Virus record (IMG/VR): IMGVR_UViG_3300009370_002293
Location: 35,813 to 99,812 of that record
Direction: 5' to 3' (one strand)
DNA length: 64,000 nucleotides
Source of the DNA: a virus
Below, in pieces: positions 27,313 to 37,548 of the stretch (its first letter is position 1; every line of letters begins with the position of its first letter). The notes under the pieces were generated by a model that saw only the letters and a list, made by a program, of their open reading frames with translations, made no database searches and had not been told where the DNA came from. A program made the position numbers and the translations under genes.

Positions 27313-28367
27313 AAAAGAATGTTTTAATAACAGGGGCATCTGGGTTAATTGGATCGCAATGTGTAAAATTTTTTAGTAATAAAGGTTTTAATGTTATAGG
27401 GGTAGACAATAACATGCGGGCTTACTTTTTTGGAGAAGACGCGTCCACAGAATCAATCAGGCAAGAACTTCAATCCTCTTACCCTAACTATGAATGCTAT
27501 AACACGGACATCAGAGAGCTTGGTAAACTGGCGTTTATTTTTGAAAAAAACAATATTGATTTAATAATTCACACAGCAGCACAACCATCCCACGACTGGG
27601 CCGTAAAAGAGCCTTTTACAGACTTTTCCATCAATGCTCAAGGGACTCTAAATCTATTAGAACTATGTCGCCTATATTGTCCTGAAGCTACCTTTATTTT
27701 TACGTCAACAAATAAGGTGTACGGGGATAGACCTAACCAGCTGAACCTAAAAGAACTTGAAACAAGGTATGAATGCTTCGATTCACAAGGCGCCCTTTAC
27801 AGTATAAATGAAGAAATGTCAATTGATAACTGCAAGCACTCTATTTTCGGTGCTTCAAAAGTATCTGCCGACATAATGGTTCAAGAGTATGGAAAATATT
27901 TCAATATGAATACCGGTGTTTTCAGGGGCGGCTGCCTAACTGGCCCGAACCATCAAGGCGCCAAGCTTCACGGATTTTTATCTTATCTAGTAAAATGCAT
28001 TGTACATGATCAACCCTATAGTATTTTTGGCTATAAAGGAAAACAAGTTAGAGACAATATCCATAGCGCAGATTTGGTAAATATGTTTTGGGAATTTTAC
28101 AAAAACCCAAAAAAAGGTGAAGTTTACAATGCAGGAGGAGGGCGACGTAATTCAATCTCAGTAATAGAAGCAATAAACAAAATTAAAACAATTTCAAACA
28201 AAAAATGGAACTTCCTTTCCATAACAGAAAATGCCCGTGAAGGAGATCATATGTGGTATATTACGGATTTTTCTAAATTTCAAAATGATTTTCCACAATG
28301 GAGTATATCCTATGACATAGATCAAATTATTGAGCAGTTAGTAAATTATGAATCAAGTGTTTCTTAA
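27309..28367 (+). CDS. NAD-dependent sugar epimerase (CDP-paratose 2-epimerase-like)
   Basis: TGASGLIG, AAQPSHD, STNKVYG, GKQVRDNIH, REGD. Confidence 0.85.
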   Translation: MKKNVLITGASGLIGSQCVKFFSNKGFNVIGVDNNMRAYFFGEDASTESIRQELQSSYPNYECYNTDIRELGKLAFIFEKNNIDLIIHTAAQPSHDWAVKEPFTDFSINAQGTLNLLELCRLYCPEATFIFTSTNKVYGDRPNQLNLKELETRYECFDSQGALYSINEEMSIDNCKHSIFGASKVSADIMVQEYGKYFNMNTGVFRGGCLTGPNHQGAKLHGFLSYLVKCIVHDQPYSIFGYKGKQVRDNIHSADLVNMFWEFYKNPKKGEVYNAGGGRRNSISVIEAINKIKTISNKKWNFLSITENAREGDHMWYITDFSKFQNDFPQWSISYDIDQIIEQLVNYESSVS

Positions 28368-28369
28368 GT

Positions 28370-29299
28370 ATGATCGCGCAATCTAAATTAAAAATAAACT
28401 TTGTAGATTTTTGGCCAGACTTCCAAAAAAATAATAACTATTTTTTTCACTTATTAAATCTAAAATTTGATGTAGAGATCAATGAAGATGACCCAGACAT
28501 ATTATTCTTTTCTGTAGATTACGCAAAACAACGGAACAGAGATAAATATAAAAACCATCGGTGTAAGAAGGTTTTTTTCTCAGGAGAAAACGTAAGACCT
28601 AATTACGCTTCTGACTCAATAGAATACCCAATGTATAGCATCGGTAAGTGTGATTTTGCACTAACCTTTGATTTTAGCGACGATCCTCGTCACTATCGTT
28701 TACCTTTATGGGTTTTACAGATTGACTGGTTTGAGAAAAATAGCTATGGAAACCCACAGTTTGTGCTCCCATTAGACCAAATATATGATAACCCAGCTTT
28801 TTCTAAACCCAAGACTAAATTTTGTGCTTTTATTTTTAATAACCCCGTACCACATCGTTTAGAGATTCTTGAAAAAATAAATAAATATCGAAACGTAGAC
28901 GGGTACGGCCACCCTTTTGGTAATTGGTTTTATGGTGAGTATAATAAATACAAAATACTTTCTGACTATAAGTTTTCAATTTGTTTCGAAAATTCAATTT
29001 CTCCCGTAGGGGGATATTATACAGAAAAACTTTTTCACGCAAAAACTGCAGGGACAGTGCCAATTTATTGGAGTGATAAAGATTGCGCCAAGGATTTTAA
29101 TGAAAAAAGTTTTATAAATTTAAATGATTTTGATTCTATGGATGATCTTGTTTTCCACGTACAAGAAGTTGATAAAGACCCATCTCTGCACTCAACATAC
29201 CATGAACAACCCTTATTTAAAAACAAGAAAATAAATAGTAATTTTTTGCCCGAGTCTGTATTAAGTTTCTTTGAAGAAAAGGTAATTAAAAATGATTAA
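28370..29299 (+). CDS. GT10 alpha-1,3-fucosyltransferase-like protein
   Basis: GENVRP, YKFSICFENS..GYYTEKL..A..GTVPIYW. Confidence 0.85.
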   Translation: MIAQSKLKINFVDFWPDFQKNNNYFFHLLNLKFDVEINEDDPDILFFSVDYAKQRNRDKYKNHRCKKVFFSGENVRPNYASDSIEYPMYSIGKCDFALTFDFSDDPRHYRLPLWVLQIDWFEKNSYGNPQFVLPLDQIYDNPAFSKPKTKFCAFIFNNPVPHRLEILEKINKYRNVDGYGHPFGNWFYGEYNKYKILSDYKFSICFENSISPVGGYYTEKLFHAKTAGTVPIYWSDKDCAKDFNEKSFINLNDFDSMDDLVFHVQEVDKDPSLHSTYHEQPLFKNKKINSNFLPESVLSFFEEKVIKND

Positions 29300-30014
29300 T
29301 GTAGAAAAAATTTTTGTACTTCATTATACAAAGCTGAAAGAGAGAAGAGAAAGGCTTGACAATTATTTAAATAGACACAACATAGATGTAACCTACATCC
29401 TTGATTACGACCAAGAAGATTTAAATAATGAAATTATAAAAGAATGGTATTCACCCGACGAACATACATATAATTCAAAAATAAACCCTTTGTGGGGAGA
29501 GGGCGTTGCACCATTCAGAAAACTTAATGTGGCCGAAATATCTTGCACAATAAAACATTATTTAGGAATTAAATCTATTGCAGAACAGTGCACTAACTAT
29601 GGTTTAATATTAGAAGATGATGTGTTGTTTGTGGAAAATTTTCCCGAAACATTTAATACTTTCCTAGAAAAAACCCCTGATGATTGGGGTGCTATTTTTA
29701 TGGGGTGCTGCGCTGGATTAAGAATACCTCCTACCTTTTTGAAAGATAATGTATGTGCCTACGAGGTTCCACATCCTGCTTCAAGAGGGGGAGACTCATA
29801 CATACTTCGTCAAGAAGTGGCAGAAAAAATAGCATCAACCATGAAGCCATTCAACACAATAAGTGACTGGGAACTAGGATGCCAGCTTCACAAGCATAAT
29901 GTTAAAACTTATTGGTGGGAACCCCCACTCGTGGTTCAAGGGTCAGAAAATGGACTTTATAAGACTACTTTAAATGACGATAATCACCGGCAAATTCATG
30001 GAGGGGTATATTGA
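29292..30014 (+). CDS. GT25 glycosyltransferase
   Basis: ERRERL, EISCTIKH, LILEDD. Confidence 0.75.
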   Translation: MINVEKIFVLHYTKLKERRERLDNYLNRHNIDVTYILDYDQEDLNNEIIKEWYSPDEHTYNSKINPLWGEGVAPFRKLNVAEISCTIKHYLGIKSIAEQCTNYGLILEDDVLFVENFPETFNTFLEKTPDDWGAIFMGCCAGLRIPPTFLKDNVCAYEVPHPASRGGDSYILRQEVAEKIASTMKPFNTISDWELGCQLHKHNVKTYWWEPPLVVQGSENGLYKTTLNDDNHRQIHGGVY

Positions 30015-31099
30015 AAAAAATAGCATTTATTAAATTTGCGGGCTTGGCTGCTGGCGGGTGTGAAAAATACCTACAAAATATCGCGTGCATTTTAGCTGAA
30101 AGCGAACGGTTTATTGTTGATTATTACTATACTAATTCAGCACCGTATATAAATTGGAACTCACCATTCATTCACCCTGACAATGACCCACGTCAAAGAG
30201 CTTTAATGGAAGAATATCCTATTAACCTAATAGAAGTTAAAGTTCAAAATAAAGACGGAAGCGGCCCTCCATACGAATGGATTAATACCAATTTTTGGGA
30301 TTTATTTAAAGAAGAGGAATATGATTGTATTTCTAGCGCTCGTTCGGGGTATCCCGAATACCCTTTTCACATGATAAATAAAACAAAAATCATCGACACC
30401 ATACACGGACAATCAGGTGAAGATAAAATTAATATCGATAAGGCAATTTTACTATGTGATTGGCAGGCAAAACAATGGGCGTCAAATGGTGGAAATATTG
30501 ATAAAGCTCATATAATACCCACCCTAGTTACAGTACCAGAAAAAAAACCCAGCCTACTCAGAAAAAAACTAGGGATTCCAAAGAGTGCGTTTGTTTATGG
30601 GTTCCACCAAGGAAACAGAGAGGATATTTACTCTCCTGTTTCATTGGCGGCATATAATCAAATTAAAAATGAAAATAATTATTTTGTAATCATGGGTGGC
30701 GCCAACCAGCACAGAGAGTTTGCTTCAACGCTAAATTCTCCAAATATAAAATTTGTAAACTTTGATAGCTCACCTGATGCAATCCACGACTTCCTAGGGG
30801 GTATTGATGTTTTTGCCCATGCTCGTAATGATGGAGAGGTTTGTTCTGCAGCAATAATTGAGGCTTTATATCACGGTAAGCCGATTATATCGCATCCAGC
30901 CATGAACATGGGGCACTTAGAGCAGTTAGAATCTTGTGGTAAAATGGTTTTTAGCGTAGAAGAGTATGCCAAAGAAATGCTTAACCTAGAACAAAACCCA
31001 GCATACTATCAGGTTCTTTCCTTGGCTGCTTCAGAAAAATACGAAAATAAATACAGTTACAATATCATAAAAAATAAAATTTTAAAAATTTACGAATAA
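30011..31099 (+). CDS. GT4-like glycosyltransferase
   Basis: GGCEK, DVFAHARNDGEVCSAAIIEALYHGKPII. Confidence 0.8.
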   Translation: MKKIAFIKFAGLAAGGCEKYLQNIACILAESERFIVDYYYTNSAPYINWNSPFIHPDNDPRQRALMEEYPINLIEVKVQNKDGSGPPYEWINTNFWDLFKEEEYDCISSARSGYPEYPFHMINKTKIIDTIHGQSGEDKINIDKAILLCDWQAKQWASNGGNIDKAHIIPTLVTVPEKKPSLLRKKLGIPKSAFVYGFHQGNREDIYSPVSLAAYNQIKNENNYFVIMGGANQHREFASTLNSPNIKFVNFDSSPDAIHDFLGGIDVFAHARNDGEVCSAAIIEALYHGKPIISHPAMNMGHLEQLESCGKMVFSVEEYAKEMLNLEQNPAYYQVLSLAASEKYENKYSYNIIKNKILKIYE

Positions 31100-32043
31100 T
31101 GATAGTTAGTAAATGCGCAACACGAATATCCCTTGCTGGAGGTTCTACGGACCTTCAGGCATTTATTGATAAAAATGGATATGGCAGCGTTATAAGTTTT
31201 CCATGTAATATTTATACCTATATTACTCTCTTTAAAGATAAATTTGGTTATAATAAGCTAAACACCTACTTGATCAACTATACCAAACGAGAAGAAGTAA
31301 AAAACAGTAATGACATTAATAATGATATTGCTCGCTTAGTTTTAAAACATTTTAATTGCCCTCCTGTTACCTTAAATTTTCACTCGGATGTATTTGCATC
31401 AGGTTCAGGTTTAGCTTCATCATCTTCATATTTAATAAGCTGTATTAAAGCAGTTAGCTCTTATTTGAATATTAAAATGACTACATGGGAAGTCTGTGAG
31501 TTGGCCATTAAACTTGAAAGAGAATTCAACCCCCTTACAGGATATCAAGATATATACGGCTGTGCCATTAATGGTTTTAAACAGCTAGTCTTTCTTAAAG
31601 ACGGCTCTGTTACATCCATGACATTCCGAAAGGATTTTTTAAATAATTTCAAAATGTTTTTGTATCCAACGGGTGTAGATAGGAAATCTACAGATGTTTT
31701 ATCTACCATCGACCTAGAAAAATCAAAGGAGCTATTACCCTTTGTTTTTAAGATGAAATCTGCTATACAAAACAATGATAAAACTACATTTTTAAACCTA
31801 GTCCAAGAGTCGTGGGAGACAAAAAAAGAAACATCCCCACTTATACTAGAAAACCCAGTTTTAAAAAAAATCGATGGCCATCTATACAAGGATAAAAGTG
31901 TTTTAGCCCATCGCTTATGCGGCGCAGGTAACGGTGGCTTTTTCTTAATTTTTAGAGATAAAAATCACAAGTCCAAAGTTAAACAATCTATAGAGATTCC
32001 AATCAACACCGCTACAGTACCCTATCTATGTACAAAAAATTAA
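31099..32043 (+). CDS. GHMP sugar kinase (HddA heptose-7-phosphate kinase-like)
   Basis: RISLAGGSTD, GSGLASSSS, GYQD, LCGAGNGGF. Confidence 0.85.
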   Translation: MIVSKCATRISLAGGSTDLQAFIDKNGYGSVISFPCNIYTYITLFKDKFGYNKLNTYLINYTKREEVKNSNDINNDIARLVLKHFNCPPVTLNFHSDVFASGSGLASSSSYLISCIKAVSSYLNIKMTTWEVCELAIKLEREFNPLTGYQDIYGCAINGFKQLVFLKDGSVTSMTFRKDFLNNFKMFLYPTGVDRKSTDVLSTIDLEKSKELLPFVFKMKSAIQNNDKTTFLNLVQESWETKKETSPLILENPVLKKIDGHLYKDKSVLAHRLCGAGNGGFFLIFRDKNHKSKVKQSIEIPINTATVPYLCTKN

Positions 32044-32453
32044 AAATTGGCTTCACTGCCAGCTGCTTTGATTTATTACATGCTGGACACTGTTTAATGC
32101 TAGAGGACGCCCGCAAACAATGTGATTGGTTGGTAGCTGCACTTCAGGTAGACCCGTCACACGATAGACCCGAAAAAAACCCTCCCGTTCAGTCACTAGA
32201 AGAAAGAAAAATTCAACTTTCATCTTTAAAATATGTAGACCAAATTGAACTATACAAAACAGAAGAAGATTTATTACTCTTACTTAAAAAAATTAACCCT
32301 GACATACGCATTTTGGGCAGTGATTATAAAGGCAAGCGCTTTACAGGCATGGAGCTAAACCTCGAAATTTATTATCACGAAAGAAATCATTCGTGGTCAA
32401 CAACGGACCTTAGACTAAGGGTTAATAAAGCAAACGACTCAAGATATCTATAG
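32028..32453 (+). CDS. Cytidylyltransferase (TagD-like)
   Basis: SCFDLLHAGH, RILGSDY, WSTTDLR. Confidence 0.85.
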   Translation: MYKKLKIGFTASCFDLLHAGHCLMLEDARKQCDWLVAALQVDPSHDRPEKNPPVQSLEERKIQLSSLKYVDQIELYKTEEDLLLLLKKINPDIRILGSDYKGKRFTGMELNLEIYYHERNHSWSTTDLRLRVNKANDSRYL

Positions 32454-32495
32454 ACAAATCATAAAAAATAAAGTACTCTCCCTTACAAGGAAAAA

Positions 32496-33413
32496 TTGAT
32501 GAGCAAAAAAAGCGTAGTTACAGGCGGCTGTGGATTCATTGGTAGTCATGTAGTGGACCTTTTAATAAAAGAAGGGCACGAGGTTGTTGTGATAGATAAT
32601 CAATCTGCTGAGTGTAATGAAGAATTTTTTAAAAATAAAAATGCCACCTATCACCTTGAAAACATAGAAGAGGCGGAAAAAATAGACCCTATTTTCGAGG
32701 GCGCCGATTACGTTTTTCACCTTGCCGCCGAATCTCGAATTCAACCAACCCTAGAAAGACCGTCCAAGGCCTGTTTAACAAATTTTGTAGGAACCTGTAA
32801 CGTCCTTCATGCTTCAAAAAAATACAATGTAAAAAGAGTAGTTTATTCCTCTACCTCCTCTGGCTACGGTCTTAAAAATGAGCCACCCCTACACGAAGGG
32901 ATGGAGCGTGATTGCCTTAACCCTTATTCTGTAAGCAAGGTTGCCGCAGAAGATTTATGTAAAATGTATTATACGTTATGGGGGCTTGAAACGGTTGTGT
33001 TACGTTATTTTAATGTTTACGGAGAGCGACAACCCCTAAAGGGACAGTACGCTCCAGTTGTAGGAATATTTCAGAGGCAAAAAAGTAATAATGAGCCGCT
33101 CACTATTGTGGGGGACGGAGAACAACGACGAGACTTTACTCATGTATCCGACGTAGCTCAAGCCAACCTTCTTGCCGCAACGACACCCCACGCTAGTCCA
33201 CATGATATTGCAGGCGAAATTTTTAACGTAGGAACAGGCTTAAATAATTCGGTCTTAGAAATAGCAGCTTTAGTAGGGGGTCGCACCACCCACATTGACA
33301 GCAGGCCCGGCGAAGCACGAACTACCCGAGCCAATATAAATAAAATCAAACAAAGATTGGGCTACAACCCCAGAGTTAACATAGAGGAATGGATAACTGA
33401 ACAAAATGGATGA
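32496..33413 (+). CDS. NAD-dependent epimerase/dehydratase
   Basis: TGGCGFIGSH, YSVSK, LRYFNVYG, GDGEQRRDF. Confidence 0.9.
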   Translation: MMSKKSVVTGGCGFIGSHVVDLLIKEGHEVVVIDNQSAECNEEFFKNKNATYHLENIEEAEKIDPIFEGADYVFHLAAESRIQPTLERPSKACLTNFVGTCNVLHASKKYNVKRVVYSSTSSGYGLKNEPPLHEGMERDCLNPYSVSKVAAEDLCKMYYTLWGLETVVLRYFNVYGERQPLKGQYAPVVGIFQRQKSNNEPLTIVGDGEQRRDFTHVSDVAQANLLAATTPHASPHDIAGEIFNVGTGLNNSVLEIAALVGGRTTHIDSRPGEARTTRANINKIKQRLGYNPRVNIEEWITEQNG

Positions 33414-34074
33414 ATTACCTAAAGTTTCGCATGGTTTACTCGAAAAGAAGAGGCGCGCATACGTAGTCTTAGGACCCGAAATAAGCGGTACAAAGTTGCT
33501 GGCAGAGATTCTTCTTAAATGTTGTAATTTGCAAGGCCGCGTTACCGACGGTTTCTTGCCCGATGAAAAAGAAGACCTAATAATGGTGAGGTGGTCTCTC
33601 CCTTCTGGTCTTTTTGATTTGCCAACACCTCAATGGACATCTCACAACGATAGAATGGTGGATGTAAATTCAATTATTGAAGGGTTGTCAAAGAAGGGGT
33701 ACCTACCAGTATTTCTTGGAATAAGTAGAAGTTGGATAGCTGTAACAAAGTCTAGATTAAAACAATATAAAGAGCACAAGGACTCACGATTTGGAGAGCC
33801 AGATGCGCTAGACACGCACCTTCACATGGTGAGGCGTGGTATCTCTTATTTTTATGATAATGTACCCCACTCTGGTTTCCCATGGTATATGTTTTCATAC
33901 GAAGAAATAACGAACACTCCTGAACTCATCGTACCCCAACTGGCTAAAATGTTGAATTTAGAATTTAAGGGGCTTGATAAACTAGATTGGCCCATAAAGA
34001 GTCAAAACTCTAAATGGTTTAAAGAAGAAAAAGGGGCTACAGGTGACCCTTTTAAATTTGACACATGGGGGTAA
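33406..34074 (+). CDS. Sulfotransferase-like protein
   Basis: VVLGPEISGTKLL and SYEEI..PE resemble PAPS-binding family motifs. Confidence 0.45.
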   Translation: MDELPKVSHGLLEKKRRAYVVLGPEISGTKLLAEILLKCCNLQGRVTDGFLPDEKEDLIMVRWSLPSGLFDLPTPQWTSHNDRMVDVNSIIEGLSKKGYLPVFLGISRSWIAVTKSRLKQYKEHKDSRFGEPDALDTHLHMVRRGISYFYDNVPHSGFPWYMFSYEEITNTPELIVPQLAKMLNLEFKGLDKLDWPIKSQNSKWFKEEKGATGDPFKFDTWG

Positions 34075-34077
34075 AAA

Positions 34078-34827
34078 ATGGTCTTAATGCTTACAATGGC
34101 TGGACAATACAGCCGATTCAAAGAATTTAGTTACGCAATCCCAAAGTATCTTTTACCGCTTTCTAGCCGAACTGTTTTATACCAAATATTATCCTCCTTT
34201 TCCAAGGATGAGGTTTTTGATGAGGTAATCTTAGTGGCGAATAAAAAAGATTTAAGATTTCAATCGCAAATCTCCAGAACCTTAGAGGAATTTAATTTTA
34301 GTAAAAAACATTTAATTTTTATTGATGATACAGAAGGACAATCTATCACCGCCCTAGAAGGATTGAAGTTTCTAAACGAGAAAACATCACCCCAAAAACC
34401 ATTAGCGATCCATAATATAGACACGATCCTATTAAACAGGAACTTTAAAGATATATCGACTCTTCTCACCTATTGCGACTGCGTAATCGACGCTTTTGTA
34501 GCAAATAATGAATCGTATAGCTACATACTTCTCGATGATGAAAATGTTTCAGCTATAATTGAAAAGCAGCTTATTTCAGACGTAGCCTCTTCTGGCTGTT
34601 ATTTTTTCAAGACCTTAAGCATGGCGTCAAATTACCTAAAGAAATCCGAAAATCATTATATAAGTGACTCTATAATGAAAATGATTAAAGATAATTTAAA
34701 GGTAAAAATAACACAGATAAGCAGTGGCAATGAAACTTTTGTTTTAGGAACACCACAAGAGTATATAAACTCTATGGGGTTTTTTGACTTAACCATTCAT
34801 GACTCAAACAAAAAAAACACTACTTAA
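34078..34827 (+). CDS. Sugar-phosphate nucleotidyltransferase-like protein
   Basis: MAGQYSRF..PKYLL, TEGQ, HNIDT, IIEK..IS. Confidence 0.75.
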   Translation: MVLMLTMAGQYSRFKEFSYAIPKYLLPLSSRTVLYQILSSFSKDEVFDEVILVANKKDLRFQSQISRTLEEFNFSKKHLIFIDDTEGQSITALEGLKFLNEKTSPQKPLAIHNIDTILLNRNFKDISTLLTYCDCVIDAFVANNESYSYILLDDENVSAIIEKQLISDVASSGCYFFKTLSMASNYLKKSENHYISDSIMKMIKDNLKVKITQISSGNETFVLGTPQEYINSMGFFDLTIHDSNKKNTT

Positions 34828-35764
34828 AGGAGGGTCTCTTGCTGGCACCTTTTTGATAAAAACGGATAAAGAATTATTTGTCCGAAAAGAAATTTCATTA
34901 ATTAGCGAAAGAGAATACGGGTATCAAAGGTGGTACTCTCAGCTTAAAAGACTACAGCGCTATGAACTTTTATTTCCATCTATTTTTGCAAAAGTGATAC
35001 GTTACGGAGTGACGGAGGATAAAGCATTCTTTGATTTAAAATATTACAGTGGCTATCACAATTGTTGGTCGTATTTAATGGACTGCACCGATAATGAAGA
35101 AATTAAATATATATTTCAATCAATTATCGAAGCATTAAATATTATACACTCTAAACGACTCCCCTCTTGCAAGGAAGCTCTAGAGCTTTACTACGAAGAG
35201 GAGGTTAAAAAGAAAATAAACGATTGCTTGACGGACAAAGATTTTTTAGATTACTATAATCGGTCTGAAATATTATTCCATGGAAAACTTATACCATCTC
35301 TTAGTTCTATGTTAAACGATTATAAAGAATTCGGCACAGAGAATTACACAACACCAATGGAGTGTTATACTCATGGAAATATCACCCTAGAAAACATCCT
35401 TTATTCACCCGAAAAAAGAAAAGTTATTTTTATTGACCCTTACGAAGAAAATATAATAGACAATATATATAACGAATACTCTCAATTGTTGCAATCCTGT
35501 AATAGTCATTATGAAATTTATAATGAATGGGGTAACGGGACGGATTATATACCATATACCCCTCATGGTATCAAATATTTTAATGAATTATTTTTTAATT
35601 TTATGAAAGATAATTTATCTGATGAAGAAATAAAAATTGTTAAATTTTTTGAAGTTTCCCAATTTATAAGAATGCTTCCTTTTAAGTTAAAAGGAGACCG
35701 TAAAAAAATGTTTATGTTTTATGGACTTGCTTCCCACTTAACATCAAAACTTTTGTCACGATGA
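34799..35764 (+). CDS. APH/choline-kinase-fold phosphotransferase
   Basis: GGSLAGT, FVRK, THGNITLENIL, FIDP. Confidence 0.7.
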   Translation: MTQTKKTLLKGGSLAGTFLIKTDKELFVRKEISLISEREYGYQRWYSQLKRLQRYELLFPSIFAKVIRYGVTEDKAFFDLKYYSGYHNCWSYLMDCTDNEEIKYIFQSIIEALNIIHSKRLPSCKEALELYYEEEVKKKINDCLTDKDFLDYYNRSEILFHGKLIPSLSSMLNDYKEFGTENYTTPMECYTHGNITLENILYSPEKRKVIFIDPYEENIIDNIYNEYSQLLQSCNSHYEIYNEWGNGTDYIPYTPHGIKYFNELFFNFMKDNLSDEEIKIVKFFEVSQFIRMLPFKLKGDRKKMFMFYGLASHLTSKLLSR

Positions 35765-36888
35765 AAAACGAATGGTTAGTCGAAACAACCCTTCCCGTTT
35801 CTTTTAAAATCGAAACGGTAAAAAATCTTTTAAACCCAGAAACAGGCACCTTACTGGAGTTAGGCGACTCATCACGCCGGTTAATTTTTGTTGACTCAAG
35901 TGTTTTTTCTTTTTTTGGAAAAAAAATACATTCTTATTTTTCAAAAAATAATATTGAAGCCAAAATAGTTCCCGTAGACATTTCTGAAGAAAAAAAAGAT
36001 ATAGATACTTTAATGTTTATTTTAAATACTATTGAAAATTTTGGTTTATTAAGAAGAAATGAGCCAATCATTTGTATTGGTGGTGGTGTACTATTAGACA
36101 TAGTAGGGTTTGCATCTAACCTGTTTCGTCGAAGTGTTCCTTATATAAAGGTTCCCACCACCCTTTTAGCGATTGTTGACGCAAGCATTGGTGTCAAAAC
36201 TTCAATTAACCATTTTGGAAGAAGAAATCGTTTAGGAAGCTATTATCCACCTCAAGCCGTTTATTTGGATAAAACATTTTTAAAAACGGTTCCCCCCGAA
36301 GAAATACATCAGGCAATGGGGGAAATAATAAAAATTGCGATAATTAAAAATATTAATTTATTTTCTTTACTCGAAAAACACGCCCCCAAAATCATAGAGG
36401 AAAAATTTTTAGTTGACGGAGTAGCCGATGAAATAATATCCCACTCTATACACGACATGATAGAAGAACTTCAGCCCGATTTATTAGAAAAAAATTTAAA
36501 ACGTGTTGTAGACTTTGGTCATTCATTTAGCCCCTTATTAGAAATGAATTCTTTAAAAGACTCAAAGGTATCCTCCTTGTCACATGGCCAAGCCGTAACT
36601 TTAGATATTATATTTTCGAGCTGCCTTTCTTACTATAGGGGGCTTTTAACTCAAGAATCACTAAAGAGAATTATAAACCTATGCCGTAAATGTAATCTCG
36701 CAGTTACCCACGAATATTTTACAAATGTATTAATGTTATGGGAGTCACTCCTTGACACAACAAAACATAGAAACGGAAACCAAAACCTGCCTATACCCGA
36801 TAAACTTGGAAGTTGTATTTTTATAAATGATGTTTCTTTGACGGAAATAAAAAGAATAGTTGAAATTTTTAAAATTTACAGTAAATGA
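35761..36888 (+). CDS. Sedoheptulose-7-phosphate cyclase, 2-epi-5-epi-valiolone synthase type
   Basis: GGGVLLD, PTTLL..VDAS, NRLGSYYPP, MIEELQP, RVVDFGHSFSP, HGQAV, TKHRNG. Confidence 0.88.
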   Translation: MKNEWLVETTLPVSFKIETVKNLLNPETGTLLELGDSSRRLIFVDSSVFSFFGKKIHSYFSKNNIEAKIVPVDISEEKKDIDTLMFILNTIENFGLLRRNEPIICIGGGVLLDIVGFASNLFRRSVPYIKVPTTLLAIVDASIGVKTSINHFGRRNRLGSYYPPQAVYLDKTFLKTVPPEEIHQAMGEIIKIAIIKNINLFSLLEKHAPKIIEEKFLVDGVADEIISHSIHDMIEELQPDLLEKNLKRVVDFGHSFSPLLEMNSLKDSKVSSLSHGQAVTLDIIFSSCLSYYRGLLTQESLKRIINLCRKCNLAVTHEYFTNVLMLWESLLDTTKHRNGNQNLPIPDKLGSCIFINDVSLTEIKRIVEIFKIYSK

Positions 36889-37544
36889 AAACCCTAGTAA
36901 TAACTGGAGTTAATAGTGGGGTAGGTAAAAAAGCAGCCGAATTTTTTTGCCAAAAATATAACGTCATTGGAATTTCTCGCTCTTATAACAGCCAAAAACA
37001 TTTAAAAAATTTCCGATTCATACAGTGTGACATTTCTAAACCAGAGGAAGTTAAAAAGTCTTTTGAGACCATCGCCAATATTGATAATTTAATTAATTGC
37101 GCAGCAATTTTTGAATCCAAACCTTTCTCGGAACAGGATATGGATGTTATCGAAAAAATTATTGATACCAACCTTAAGGGTACAATATTGGTAAGTAAGG
37201 CAGCCTTAGAAAAAATGAAAAAAGGAAGAATAATTAATATTTCTTCAGTCTCAGGAAAACACGGCATAGAGAATCAAGCAGTCTACTCTGCAAGTAAACA
37301 CGGCTTAACTGGCTTTATGGATTCCTTAAACCAAGAAACTCTAAAAGGGGGGGTTCAGGTAACTAATTTGTGCCCCGGCGGCATACAGACCCCTTTATGG
37401 AGCATTAACAACCCCTACAGAGGGGCGCTAGACCGACTTTTAACTCCTGATGATATCGTAAGGGTTTTAAACTTCATAATTGAATCCCCCCAGCGTATAG
37501 TATTTAAAGAATTAACCTTATTCCCCGACAACGAGATTCATTGA
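36885..37544 (+). CDS. Short-chain dehydrogenase/reductase
   Basis: TGVNSGVG, INCAA, NISS, YSASK. Confidence 0.9.
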   Translation: MKTLVITGVNSGVGKKAAEFFCQKYNVIGISRSYNSQKHLKNFRFIQCDISKPEEVKKSFETIANIDNLINCAAIFESKPFSEQDMDVIEKIIDTNLKGTILVSKAALEKMKKGRIINISSVSGKHGIENQAVYSASKHGLTGFMDSLNQETLKGGVQVTNLCPGGIQTPLWSINNPYRGALDRLLTPDDIVRVLNFIIESPQRIVFKELTLFPDNEIH

Positions 37545-37548
37545 AGTC

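Noticed and set aside
35761-36888. 3-dehydroquinate synthase (aroB), or a mycosporine/gadusol sunscreen pathway
   Set aside because: Active-site motifs are EEVS-type; no shikimate, O-methyltransferase/ATP-grasp or MT-Ox genes adjacent
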